DNA of 64,000 nucleotides from Candidatus Yanofskybacteria bacterium. Its GTDB lineage: Bacteria > Patescibacteriota > Minisyncoccia > 2-02-FULL-40-12 > GWA2-44-9. The DNA is taken from assembly GCA_003514055.1 (NCBI GenBank), contig DOSG01000002.1, forward strand, positions 13,985 to 77,984, read 5' to 3'. The position numbers and the translations under genes are program-made. This document shows positions 43,017 through 52,932 of this stretch, piece by piece (within the stretch, counting starts at the first letter, position 1; the number at the start of each line of letters is the position of its first letter). The notes under the pieces were generated by a model. That model did no database searches. It had not been told where the DNA came from and worked only from the letters and a program-made list of their open reading frames with translations.

Positions 43017-43100
43017 TGGGCGGGGGGAGATTTGAACTCCCACGGGCTTGCGCCCATAGCGCTCTGAACGCTACGTGTCTGCCAGTTTCACCACTCGCCC
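43017..43100 (-). tRNA. tRNA-Leu(CAG)
   Basis: GGGCGAG TG GTG AAACTGGCAGA CAC G TAGCG TTCAGAG CGCTA, long variable arm, GGGAG TTCAAAT CTCCC CCCGCCC A; one acceptor mismatch; CCA not encoded. Confidence 0.95.
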
Positions 43101-43114
43101 GGTGAATCTATGAG

Positions 43115-44059
43115 TTAGTTGTTCCTAGCTCTTTTGTATTCGTCTATGATCGGGGTTGGCGCGGGAGCTATTCCTAGTGATTCTGCCAAATAAAAACTTG
43201 TCCAAAGACCAAAAATGTAGTTTTCTAACACCTTTTCTAGTAGCGAACTACTAGGAGAGACATTAACAGTAGAATAAGTATACCCTAGTTTGGTTAAAAT
43301 TGCAATGGTGGCCTCGATGCTTTTGGCTATTCTCGGATCGTCTTTCTGGTCCCGAATTATGATGGGATGAATCGAGTTTTGTGAGGCGGCCAGGCCTTCC
43401 AGCTCGTTATGATTTAGCGCTGGAAAGTAATTCCACGCTGCCGGAACTTTAGCATTCTCATTAAATAATGTCTTCCAAAAACCTGCTAGCTTTCTCCATT
43501 TAAACGATGAGTACATCAGAGGAGTTCTCTTGCCAATGCTTTCGGCTATAATCTTAGCTTCTTTTTCTAATCTATCTTGATCTATAGATACGTTGCCGAG
43601 CTCAATGCCTAATATACCTAGAAGAGCTCCCAACTCATAGCCAGCTCCCAGTCTAGCCGGGAAATTATCATCTTCAAGGTCGACGTAGGGGACACCTCTT
43701 TCTTTAGCCATATCTATCATTTTGCCGCCTTTAGATATGACAACCACTGGTAGGCCTCTATCTATCGCCGCGCTTAAGGCGGAGATCGTCTCTTCGGTGT
43801 TGCCCGACCAAGACATGCAGATAACTAAGCTTGATTTATCTATCCAGCCGGGCAAGTCATAGTCTCGGTTAATAAAAACCTTGGGGCGGCTATCCTTATT
43901 CTGCTCTGATGTCAGCATCCAGAGTATCTCTCCAGCAACAATAGACCCGCCAATGCCAGCGATTACGTAGTCGTCATATTCTCGATCTAACTTCTTTTCA
44001 GTTCCTAGCTTGTAGCCAGCTTGTAGCTGATCCGTAAAGCCTCGTATAACCTCTTTCAT
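43115..44059 (-). CDS. bifunctional phosphoglucose/phosphomannose isomerase (SIS)
   Basis: GIGGS..AG, SWSGNTEET, NENAK, NHNELEG. Confidence 0.9.
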   Translation of the reverse strand: MKEVIRGFTDQLQAGYKLGTEKKLDREYDDYVIAGIGGSIVAGEILWMLTSEQNKDSRPKVFINRDYDLPGWIDKSSLVICMSWSGNTEETISALSAAIDRGLPVVVISKGGKMIDMAKERGVPYVDLEDDNFPARLGAGYELGALLGILGIELGNVSIDQDRLEKEAKIIAESIGKRTPLMYSSFKWRKLAGFWKTLFNENAKVPAAWNYFPALNHNELEGLAASQNSIHPIIIRDQKDDPRIAKSIEATIAILTKLGYTYSTVNVSPSSSLLEKVLENYIFGLWTSFYLAESLGIAPAPTPIIDEYKRARNN

Positions 44060-44078
44060 TTTGATTTTTTGCCTCGGA

Positions 44079-44185
44079 GGTGGATGTGAGTTTTGAGAGG
44101 CCCGCGCAGGCTCGACTGGAGCCGAGCGAGAGGGTGATTTCTCAGTAGAGAAATACAGCCCGTACTCGAGAAACTTATAGCCACC
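44079..44185 (+). repeat. structured dispersed repeat, copy 2
   Basis: core 44091-44173; enclosed by GGTGGATGTGAG/CTTATAGCCACC. Confidence 0.9.
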
Positions 44186-44191
44186 GTAGAT

Positions 44192-45982
44192 TTATTTAGA
44201 TGATCTCTTGGTATTAATATACCATTTTTCGACATTAACGAAACGGTCAGATGGCATCGAGATAATTTTGGTTTTAAATCCCTTAATGTCCTTTGCCTGG
44301 CCGTATAGGTAGTCTGGGTTATACAGGAATATCGCGGGGATATCCTCGATGACTATTCTTTGAAAGTCGTCATATTTTTTCATTCTCTCGATTGGATTGA
44401 GAGTCTGGCGTGCTTCTTCTAGTATTGTATCTGCAGTCTTGTTGTCGTATAGGGCTAGATTTAGTCCCTTGTCTTTCTTCTGGGATGAATGCCATAGCGT
44501 AAATGGATCTGGATCTATGCTCAGAATCTCTCCAAAAAGCAAAATCTCGTAAGCCCTTTCTCTTATGGTTTGTTGAAGTGCGGCGATGGGTAGAACTTCG
44601 ATATTCACTTCAAAGCCAATTTTTCCCCACTGCTCTTTAAGGATGTCGGCCGCTTCGGATAATTCGGGCCAGGTTGAGGTGGTTATTTTTATGGTTAATC
44701 TTTTTTCGTTTTTGCCAGTTCCTTTTCTGAGAACGCCTCTCTCGTCCGGGTTAGTCCATCCAGTCTCTTTCAATACCTGCTTAGCCAACTCAGTATCGAA
44801 ATCATATTTCTTAACTTCGTTATTTATATCTATAACGTCGCCCACCAATGGCGAGTTAACTATGCTACCATGCCCGTCCAACACTTTATTTATGATCTCT
44901 TGGCGATCTGTGCCATAAGCCAAAGCTAATCTAATATTTTTATCAGCTAGTACCTCGCTCTGATTGGTGTTCATGAAGGCTCCAAAATATCTTGGCATCT
45001 TAAGCTCCTGCACGTTGAGCCTGTTCCTGAATTTAACCTTATCTAGATTTACGGGAGAGATGTATCCAAGATTCTGGATATCATTTCTATTGTAGGCCTC
45101 AATGAGTTCAATCTCTGAGGCATAGAAATTTAATTTTATAGTGTCTATGTGGGCCCTCCCGTCGTAATAGTTCTCATTAGCGGAAAGTTCGTAGGAGGTT
45201 ATTGTGCCTGTGTTATCTTTCTTTAACTTATTGAACTTATACGGTCCGGAGCCGATTGGCTTGAGATTGAGTTCGGATAGAGAGAAATTTATCGGCTTTA
45301 CTTCTTGCCAGACATGCTTCGGCAATATATTTAGAGTCAAATTATTCAAAAATTGGGCATACTTATCGTTTAATTTTAATATTAGAGTCAATTCGTCGAC
45401 TTTTTCGACGGTGACGCCAGTCCAGTTGGCTTTCTGAAGGCTGCCATAGTCCGAGCTCTGAGCGGTTTCAATAGTAAACAAAACATCATCTGCCGTTAGC
45501 GCTACGCCGTCGTGCCACTTTATGCCCGGTTTAAGATAGACGGTATATTTTAGGCCATCACTAGATATGTCGTATGACTTTGCTAGGTCGGGGACTAACT
45601 TACCCTCTTCGTTATATTTTAGAAGTCCCGAGTATATTAAGCTTACTAGATCTCGATCGGCGTCATTGGCTTGAGATAGAAGTGGATTTATGTGGCGTGG
45701 CTCTCCGACGATACCTTCAACAAAAGAGCCTCCATAATCTGGAGTCTCTTGGGTGTAGTGTCTGTAAGCGGTAACCGGAATAGATAATAATGAGCCTAAT
45801 ATAATTACCAAAAAACTGAAGATGATATATCTTTCTTTGGTGGATAATATTTTAGAAAGAAGTCTAGCCTTTTCTTCTAGGCTTTTGAAAAAGCGCTTTT
45901 TTGGTTTTATAGCTGGTAGCTTGTTGCTATCTTCGGGCTTGTAACCAAAAAAATCATCCAATTGGTTTTCGCTTTTAAGCAT
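44192..45982 (-). CDS. peptide ABC transporter substrate-binding protein (family 5), TM-anchored
   Basis: INPLL, IYSGL, PDLA.SY.IS.DG..YT..L...KWHDG..LTADDV.FT, PIGSGPYKF. Confidence 0.93.
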   Translation of the reverse strand: MLKSENQLDDFFGYKPEDSNKLPAIKPKKRFFKSLEEKARLLSKILSTKERYIIFSFLVIILGSLLSIPVTAYRHYTQETPDYGGSFVEGIVGEPRHINPLLSQANDADRDLVSLIYSGLLKYNEEGKLVPDLAKSYDISSDGLKYTVYLKPGIKWHDGVALTADDVLFTIETAQSSDYGSLQKANWTGVTVEKVDELTLILKLNDKYAQFLNNLTLNILPKHVWQEVKPINFSLSELNLKPIGSGPYKFNKLKKDNTGTITSYELSANENYYDGRAHIDTIKLNFYASEIELIEAYNRNDIQNLGYISPVNLDKVKFRNRLNVQELKMPRYFGAFMNTNQSEVLADKNIRLALAYGTDRQEIINKVLDGHGSIVNSPLVGDVIDINNEVKKYDFDTELAKQVLKETGWTNPDERGVLRKGTGKNEKRLTIKITTSTWPELSEAADILKEQWGKIGFEVNIEVLPIAALQQTIRERAYEILLFGEILSIDPDPFTLWHSSQKKDKGLNLALYDNKTADTILEEARQTLNPIERMKKYDDFQRIVIEDIPAIFLYNPDYLYGQAKDIKGFKTKIISMPSDRFVNVEKWYINTKRSSK

Positions 45983-45992
45983 TGTCTTTAGA

Positions 45993-46211
45993 TTAACGAG
46001 TGAATAATCCCCAGATAGAAGTAGCTAGGAATAAGACGGTAATGACGATTGTGAAATAGAATATGGTTTTCTCGGCTCCGCGCTTTGTTGAATATTCCAT
46101 TGATGAGCCACCTAGCGCCGAAGAAAGTCCACTGCCTCTTTGCTGAAGCAGGATTGAGATTGTTAGAAGCACGGCTAGAACTATTTGTACGTAGGGTAAG
46201 TATTTGATCAT
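45993..46211 (-). CDS. secG: preprotein translocase subunit SecG
   Basis: ILLQQRGSGLSSALGG...TKRGAEK; two TMs. Confidence 0.92.
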   Translation of the reverse strand: MIKYLPYVQIVLAVLLTISILLQQRGSGLSSALGGSSMEYSTKRGAEKTIFYFTIVITVLFLATSIWGLFTR

Positions 46212-46231
46212 TTTTATTATTTTTTTGTGTA

Positions 46232-46585
46232 CTAGTCTATTGTTTTCGTGAAAGTCGCCACTACCATGTTTACTAGGCTTACTATGAGCGTTGCCCAGAC
46301 CAAAGTAGTCAGGTTGTTAATTGCGACTGATACGAAGGCGTAATCGACTAACCACAGCATTAATGCATTAATTACGATTATAAATAAGCCTAGAGTGATG
46401 ATTATTATTGGCGACAAAACTAATTTGAGCGCCGGACGGACTATCATATTAAGTAGTCCCAGGGCTACTCCAGCCAATAGATATTCTTTAATCCCGCCAG
46501 TTATAATAAAAGCTGGCGATAGGAAGTATGTCGCCACATAAAGTGCAGCGGAATTGCCCAAGATTCTGATTAGAAAACCTAGCAT
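46232..46585 (-). CDS. 4-TM 'phage holin family' (YvlD/DUF360) protein
   Basis: LGLLNMIVRP.L..L..P....TLGLF..VINA.ML. Confidence 0.88.
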   Translation of the reverse strand: MLGFLIRILGNSAALYVATYFLSPAFIITGGIKEYLLAGVALGLLNMIVRPALKLVLSPIIIITLGLFIIVINALMLWLVDYAFVSVAINNLTTLVWATLIVSLVNMVVATFTKTID

Positions 46586-46651
46586 ATGTTAACTTATTTG
46601 CGATTTAAATGATATCATACGGGTCAAAAATATCAATGGCAATGATCGCTT

Positions 46652-46792
46652 GGATAATCACTTGTTCGACATGTCAGAATTTCCCAGCGAGAAATTCTGA
46701 CTAATTTCCTCGGCTCGCTCGTCCTTCTCCGGCAGTCGCCGGATTAGGACACCTGCCCGCTCGCCTCCGGATTGTCTCACAAGTGACTATCC
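46652..46792. other. structured intergenic element A
   Basis: outer stem GGATAATCACTTGT/ACAAGTGACTATCC; inner hairpins GTCAGAATTTC/GAAATTCTGAC and TCCGGC/GCCGGA. Confidence 0.6.
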
Positions 46793-46815
46793 TCGCTATT
46801 TTAGGTAGATGCGAA

Positions 46816-47056
46816 GCCTTAGTCATTTTGTGCAAGTTTTAATCTGTGCAAGCGAAAGCTCAAGTCTACAGCGAGAACTCGCGCAGGCGTTTCGGCTATA
46901 ACATATTTGATATAGCCCCGAAGGGGCGATAAGAAAACGGATCTTCGAAATGCCGAGCGTGTAGATAGTCGAGCTCGCAGGAAGCGAGAACTATCGGTTG
47001 AGTCGTGGGCTTGGGCTGGAGCGACTTGACTATCGGTGCAAAGAAATGATTAAGGC
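46816..47056. other. structured intergenic element B (candidate ncRNA or miniature element)
   Basis: outer stem GCCTTAGTCATTT/AAATGATTAAGGC and several nested hairpins. Confidence 0.5.
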
Positions 47057-48306
47057 GTAGTCATATTTCTGTGGAGTTTGCGGTAGTAGCTGATGGCGAA
47101 GCGGTGAGCTTCGGCGTCGACATTGAGAACTATGTTTCTGACGTCAGCTGGAAGCTTATCCAATTTGATAGGCAACTTGCGTCCGCGTATGTATATGTGA
47201 CTGCCGACGTGTTTCTCATTTTTCGTCAGAGACAATAGCGCAATATCTTTTGGCACTATGCTCGAGGCTATATTCAATTGTCCCTTGCCGCCATCTATTA
47301 TCACTAGGTTGGGCTTTGCCCATTCTGAATGCCTGAAACGCCTAGTCAAAATCTCTTTAAGCATGCGAGTATCGTCTGAGACATTTGAATCTCTAATTTT
47401 AAATTTTCGGTAACCACTTTTATCTGCTAACCCATTCTTAAATGTGACCATTGACCCAACGGCGTTGATGCCCTGAATATTAGATATGTCGTAACCCTCT
47501 ATTCTGACGGCGCTAGTTAGTCCGAAAAATTTCGCAATAGTCTCTAATTTTGAATTATGATCTTCGTCATTAATTCTTTTATCGATTATTTGCGAGTTTC
47601 TGAATATTTTTTTAATTGCATCAAGCTTATCTCTGATCTTGATGGCTTCGTCGAATCTTTCTTTCTTGCCTAAGATAATCATTTTTTTCTTTAAGCTTGT
47701 CACGATATTATTTCTCTTTCTCGCTAAAATCTTCTTAATGATGTATATATTCTTGTCGTAATTCTTGATTTCATCTTTGGTAGCTTCACGTTTTTTTAGA
47801 CAGCAAAAACCAGAACAATTACCAATATGATAGTTGAGACAATAGTTATTGTGAAGTTGTTTACAGGTACAGTAGAGGAATGCTCTTCGAAGTTGCTTCA
47901 ATGTGGTTTTGAGTGCCGTGCTATCGGTGAATGGCCCGATGTCTTGGATGCTCATCGGCTGACGAACAATCGTTATTCTTGGAAATTGATCATCGGAAAA
48001 TTGGACATATGAGTATTGTTTGTCATCTCGTAAAACTATATTGAACTTTGGACGCAGCTTCTTTATCAGCTGGGCTTCCAAAATCAGAGCTTCAATATCG
48101 GAATCGGTGTTTTGAAAGTTTATGATGGTAGCTGCCTGGATCATGGTCGTTATTCTAGTATCCGTGGGTCGGGAATAGCTCTTGAGCCTATTCTTTATAT
48201 TATTGGCCTTACCTACGTACAAAATTGCATCTTTATTTCTAAATATGTATATTCCTGACCCATTTGGGGCTTTTGCTATGATATTTTTGAGTTTTCCGGC
48301 TATCAT
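47050..48306 (-). CDS. uvrC: excinuclease ABC subunit C (short form)
   Basis: GIY-YIG (GIYIF..LYVGKA.N...R), EALILEA.LIK, RIEGYDISN, IIDGGKGQL, AEAHRFAISY; ends before HhH domain. Confidence 0.9.
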   Translation of the reverse strand: MIAGKLKNIIAKAPNGSGIYIFRNKDAILYVGKANNIKNRLKSYSRPTDTRITTMIQAATIINFQNTDSDIEALILEAQLIKKLRPKFNIVLRDDKQYSYVQFSDDQFPRITIVRQPMSIQDIGPFTDSTALKTTLKQLRRAFLYCTCKQLHNNYCLNYHIGNCSGFCCLKKREATKDEIKNYDKNIYIIKKILARKRNNIVTSLKKKMIILGKKERFDEAIKIRDKLDAIKKIFRNSQIIDKRINDEDHNSKLETIAKFFGLTSAVRIEGYDISNIQGINAVGSMVTFKNGLADKSGYRKFKIRDSNVSDDTRMLKEILTRRFRHSEWAKPNLVIIDGGKGQLNIASSIVPKDIALLSLTKNEKHVGSHIYIRGRKLPIKLDKLPADVRNIVLNVDAEAHRFAISYYRKLHRNMTTP

Positions 48307-48336
48307 TTGGACCTAAGTATACCCTAAAATACACTA

Positions 48337-48366
48337 TTGACAAACGGGGTATAAGTGTGCTATAAT
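48337..48366 (+). promoter_or_regulatory. strong sigma70-type promoter of the GC-rich mini-operon
   Basis: TTGACA-18 nt-TATAAT with TGn extension. Confidence 0.75.
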
Positions 48367-48440
48367 GGGCATACAGTACGGTACAATTTGATTCAGCATC
48401 GTAAACTCGAAATGGAGCCGTTGGCTCCAAGAGGACGAAG

Positions 48441-48833
48441 ATGGCAATCAGGAATGAGCTTCGGGTGGCGTTTGACGCATTGCGGGAGCGGATCATCCGC
48501 GACAAGACCAAGCGTCTGCCGGATCTGAGCGCGGCCATCGAGGCGGCGTTCGAGGTTGGCGACGACGAAGAGGTCGATCGTATGATGGGCCTCCGCGAGA
48601 GGCTCGAAGCGACGATCGAGATCGATGAGCTGGAACTGCGCCTTCTCGGCAACGAGATCGGCCAGCCGTTCCGGCAAAACGACGTCGTCGACGTACGCAT
48701 CATCTCGTGGGGCCTGGGCGGCAAAGGCCAGGCCGAGGTGAAGATCGCGGCTCGCGACGGGAAAACCGTCGTTCGCCACATGCATCTCATCAATGGGCGT
48801 GATCGCTACGGCAACCGCTATGCGACATTCTAG
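48441..48833 (+). CDS. hypothetical protein (GC-rich)
   Basis: 130 aa ORF, GAGG SD, downstream of consensus promoter. Confidence 0.7.
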   Translation: MAIRNELRVAFDALRERIIRDKTKRLPDLSAAIEAAFEVGDDEEVDRMMGLRERLEATIEIDELELRLLGNEIGQPFRQNDVVDVRIISWGLGGKGQAEVKIAARDGKTVVRHMHLINGRDRYGNRYATF

Positions 48834-48845
48834 GAGGAGGAAATC

Positions 48846-49058
48846 ATGACGCAGGTACTCGGCAAGACTCCGGCGGGCAAGTTGAAGGTTCTCGTCGACG
48901 GACGTGAGTGCGAAGGCTGCCCCGGCAGCCTGATCGCCACCCACGAGCCGGGCATTTTCACCAGAGAGGGCGAGTTCATCGCTCTGCCGGTGGTGAGCGA
49001 CGTCGAGACGCATCAGCTCGCGGTGCCCACGGTCGACGGCCAGTTCCTCTTCTTGTAG
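48846..49058 (+). CDS. hypothetical protein (GC-rich), CxxC
   Basis: 70 aa ORF, strong AGGAGG SD 12 nt after the previous stop. Confidence 0.65.
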   Translation: MTQVLGKTPAGKLKVLVDGRECEGCPGSLIATHEPGIFTREGEFIALPVVSDVETHQLAVPTVDGQFLFL

Positions 49059-49270
49059 GGACCAGCTCTCGGCGACGGCGCCAGGACGGGTCGGAGGCAA
49101 AGTCTCGACCAACTAACGGCAATCGCCGCCGTCCCGTCCACTCCAACAACAAAAATAGACTGCGCGATGTGCGCAATCAGGAGCGTCGAATGCCAGGTTG
49201 AACGCCACGGTGATGGGTTCCGGAAAAAACCCTCGGGTCAAAGCAGGCATGACCTTGGAACAGAACCTGT

Positions 49271-49297
49271 AAGCGGCACGCGAGTGCCGCTTTTTTT
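49271..49297 (+). terminator. intrinsic terminator of the GC-rich unit
   Basis: AAGCGGCAC-GCGA-GTGCCGC-TTTTTTT. Confidence 0.85.
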
Positions 49298-49461
49298 CAT
49301 GCTTTAAAACTGCGCTTCGCCCCATCCATTTTTTCATCTTGTCCTCGACTACGCCAAGTCTAATCGATAGAGAAACAATGATGCAGGCGAGGACACGATG
49401 AAAAGATACTATTGATGGCGCCGCCATTGTTTTTTACTCGCTATCTGATTACCATGTCTGT

Positions 49462-50451
49462 ATGGATTATTTGCGGGATTCAATTCTTGCGACATTGGCC
49501 TATTACGACATCTTAGACATGTCGCTGACTCATCTTGAGGTTTATAAATTTCTCATTAACCCAGCGAGAGTTTATAGAAGCTCAGAAGAAATAAAAGACG
49601 CTTCACTGCATGACGTTATAGCCATGCTAGCCAAAATGGTTAAGTCGGAAACGATTGGCCAAAAAAATGGTTTCTATTTTTTACCGAGAAAGGATGAGCT
49701 ATACGACTTAAGAATAGCTAGGGAGAAAATTGCTACTCAGAAATGGAAAAAGATGATGAGCTTGGCTAAGTGGTTTGCGATTGTGCCATATTTGCGCGGG
49801 CTGTTCGCTAGTGGCTCAATGGCGGTGGGTAATGTAAATGAGAAAAGTGATTTTGATATTCTAGTTATCTCTAAGTCTGGGCGTCTATACACGGCTAGAC
49901 TGTTTTTGTATTTAGTCGCTTCGCTCATGCGCTCAAGGAGGGGCCGGTACGACAAGATAGCGCCGAATAAATTTTGTCTTAATCATCACATAATCGATAC
50001 AAAGCTTAGGTTAGAGCATGAAAGCCTATTTAATGCTCAGACCTACGCTAGTCTCAAGCCAATATTAATAGAGCAAGACTTGTTCAATAGTTTTTATTCT
50101 GCGAATAACTGGATAAACAAATTCGTGTGCAACTTTAAGCCGAATAGTGACTTCGTTGAGAGACGCTTGGTGCCGAATAAATTCTTAGGCGTGGTGGCGA
50201 AGGCGATGGAATCTTTACTGAATAATCGACTCGGAGATCTCATAGAGAAGATTTTAAGAAATTATCAGCAACGTCGAATTAGGAATAATCCAGTTACTTA
50301 CGCGACTAAGGGTAGGATCATCTTTAATGACGTGGAATTGGAATTTCATCCATATTCCTTCGAGGCTTCAGTCGTTCGTGATTATAATGATAAGGTTCAT
50401 AGGCTTGGCCTATTGCCACCATTTGAGGAGAGGGATTCTGGCCTAAAATAA
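49462..50451 (+). CDS. hypothetical protein with Pol-beta-like nucleotidyltransferase motif
   Basis: ILATLAYYD N-terminus; SGSMAVGN....SDFDILV. Confidence 0.65.
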   Translation: MDYLRDSILATLAYYDILDMSLTHLEVYKFLINPARVYRSSEEIKDASLHDVIAMLAKMVKSETIGQKNGFYFLPRKDELYDLRIAREKIATQKWKKMMSLAKWFAIVPYLRGLFASGSMAVGNVNEKSDFDILVISKSGRLYTARLFLYLVASLMRSRRGRYDKIAPNKFCLNHHIIDTKLRLEHESLFNAQTYASLKPILIEQDLFNSFYSANNWINKFVCNFKPNSDFVERRLVPNKFLGVVAKAMESLLNNRLGDLIEKILRNYQQRRIRNNPVTYATKGRIIFNDVELEFHPYSFEASVVRDYNDKVHRLGLLPPFEERDSGLK

Positions 50452-50453
50452 TC

Positions 50454-50481
50454 TTGACTTAAAAAAATCTACGACTATAAT
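50454..50481 (+). promoter_or_regulatory. groESL promoter
   Basis: TTGACT-16 nt-TATAAT. Confidence 0.7.
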
Positions 50482-50507
50482 TAGCACTTAAGATATAAGA
50501 GTGCTAA
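50481..50507 (+). promoter_or_regulatory. CIRCE operator (HrcA site)
   Basis: TTAGCACTT-N9-GAGTGCTAA, one mismatch to consensus, upstream of groES. Confidence 0.92.
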
Positions 50508-50566
50508 TTTTATTCGTAATCAATAGGATTAATTGGTTACGGGTTTGGTTGGCATATAAAATAAAC

Positions 50567-50860
50567 ATGTTAAAACCGCTATCTGATCACGTGGTACTGG
50601 AGCCAATCCGAGAAGAAAAAAAGAAAGGAGGGATAATCTTACCCGATACTTTAGATAAAGAAAGATCTGAGAAGGGCAAAGTGATTTCCGTGGGTCCTGG
50701 CAAATACGATCCGGCAGTTGCCGGAGGCAAAAGGATGCCTCTGCAGGTAAAGAAGGGCGATGTAGTTCTATTCACCAAGTATGGCCCGAACGAAGTTAAG
50801 ATGGATGGTAAAGAATATCTAATCGTCAAGGAAGACGATATCTTGGCAATAATAGACTAA
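50567..50860 (+). CDS. groES: co-chaperonin GroES
   Basis: LKPLSDHVV, GGIILPD, VGPG, VKKGD.V.F.KY, EDDILAI; start moved to ATG 50567. Confidence 0.98.
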   Translation: MLKPLSDHVVLEPIREEKKKGGIILPDTLDKERSEKGKVISVGPGKYDPAVAGGKRMPLQVKKGDVVLFTKYGPNEVKMDGKEYLIVKEDDILAIID

Positions 50861-50879
50861 TTAAAACCTAAACTTAAAA

Positions 50880-52636
<1,757 letters not shown>

Positions 52637-52654
52637 TCATTTTTTAAAGTCACG

Positions 52655-52818
52655 AGAAAGGGCATAGGTATGGGTTTTTCGAGTACGGGCTGTATTTCTC
52701 TACTGGGAAATCACCCTCTCCCTACAGAGACTTGGAGGATGGGCTAAAGCACCATCCCTCCGAGGCGGCGCCGTCGAGCCTGCGCGGGCCTCTCGAAACT
52801 CACGCCTATGCCCTTTTT
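52655..52818 (-). repeat. structured dispersed repeat, copy 4, with extra internal hairpin
   Basis: core 52675-52798 interrupted at ~52721-52765; enclosed by AAAGGGCATAGG/CCTATGCCCTTT. Confidence 0.9.
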
Positions 52819-52827
52819 GTTTGGCTG

Positions 52828-52875
52828 CAATAACCATGGCTGTCTTTTCGGCCTCAAAGACAGCCATGGTTATTG
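52828..52875. terminator. long hairpin after groEL
   Basis: CAATAACCATGGCTGTCTTT/AAAGACAGCCATGGTTATTG. Confidence 0.6.
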
Positions 52876-52932
52876 ATTGACCGGAGCGACTTAATGTTCT
52901 AGAATTTAGGTAACAATTTAAATACAAATACT

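Noticed and set aside
46640-47056. RNase P RNA, tmRNA or SRP RNA
   Set aside because: No GAGGAAAGTCC-type P4 motif, no tRNA-Ala-like ends and no SRP domain IV consensus on either strand.
49070-49140. c-di-GMP-I riboswitch suggested by GGCAAAGTCTC
   Set aside because: The required GNRA/receptor two-hairpin layout is missing and the site is 3' of the ORFs.
48239-49427. Minus-strand ORFs (184, 239, 66 and 104 aa) over the GC-rich island
   Set aside because: Promoter, SD sequences and terminator all support the plus-strand ORFs; long shadow ORFs are expected at high GC.
40786-49434. 15-nt identity GCCGCCATTGTTTTT at 40786-40800 and 49420-49434
   Set aside because: Short, partly low-complexity, terminator-like; flanks do not align.
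50501-50566. Longer groES start from the ORF track (likewise ftsK 32364 and DUF2207 53393)
   Set aside because: The extensions overlap the CIRCE operator, a terminator or the lemA gene; downstream ATGs match the family N-termini.
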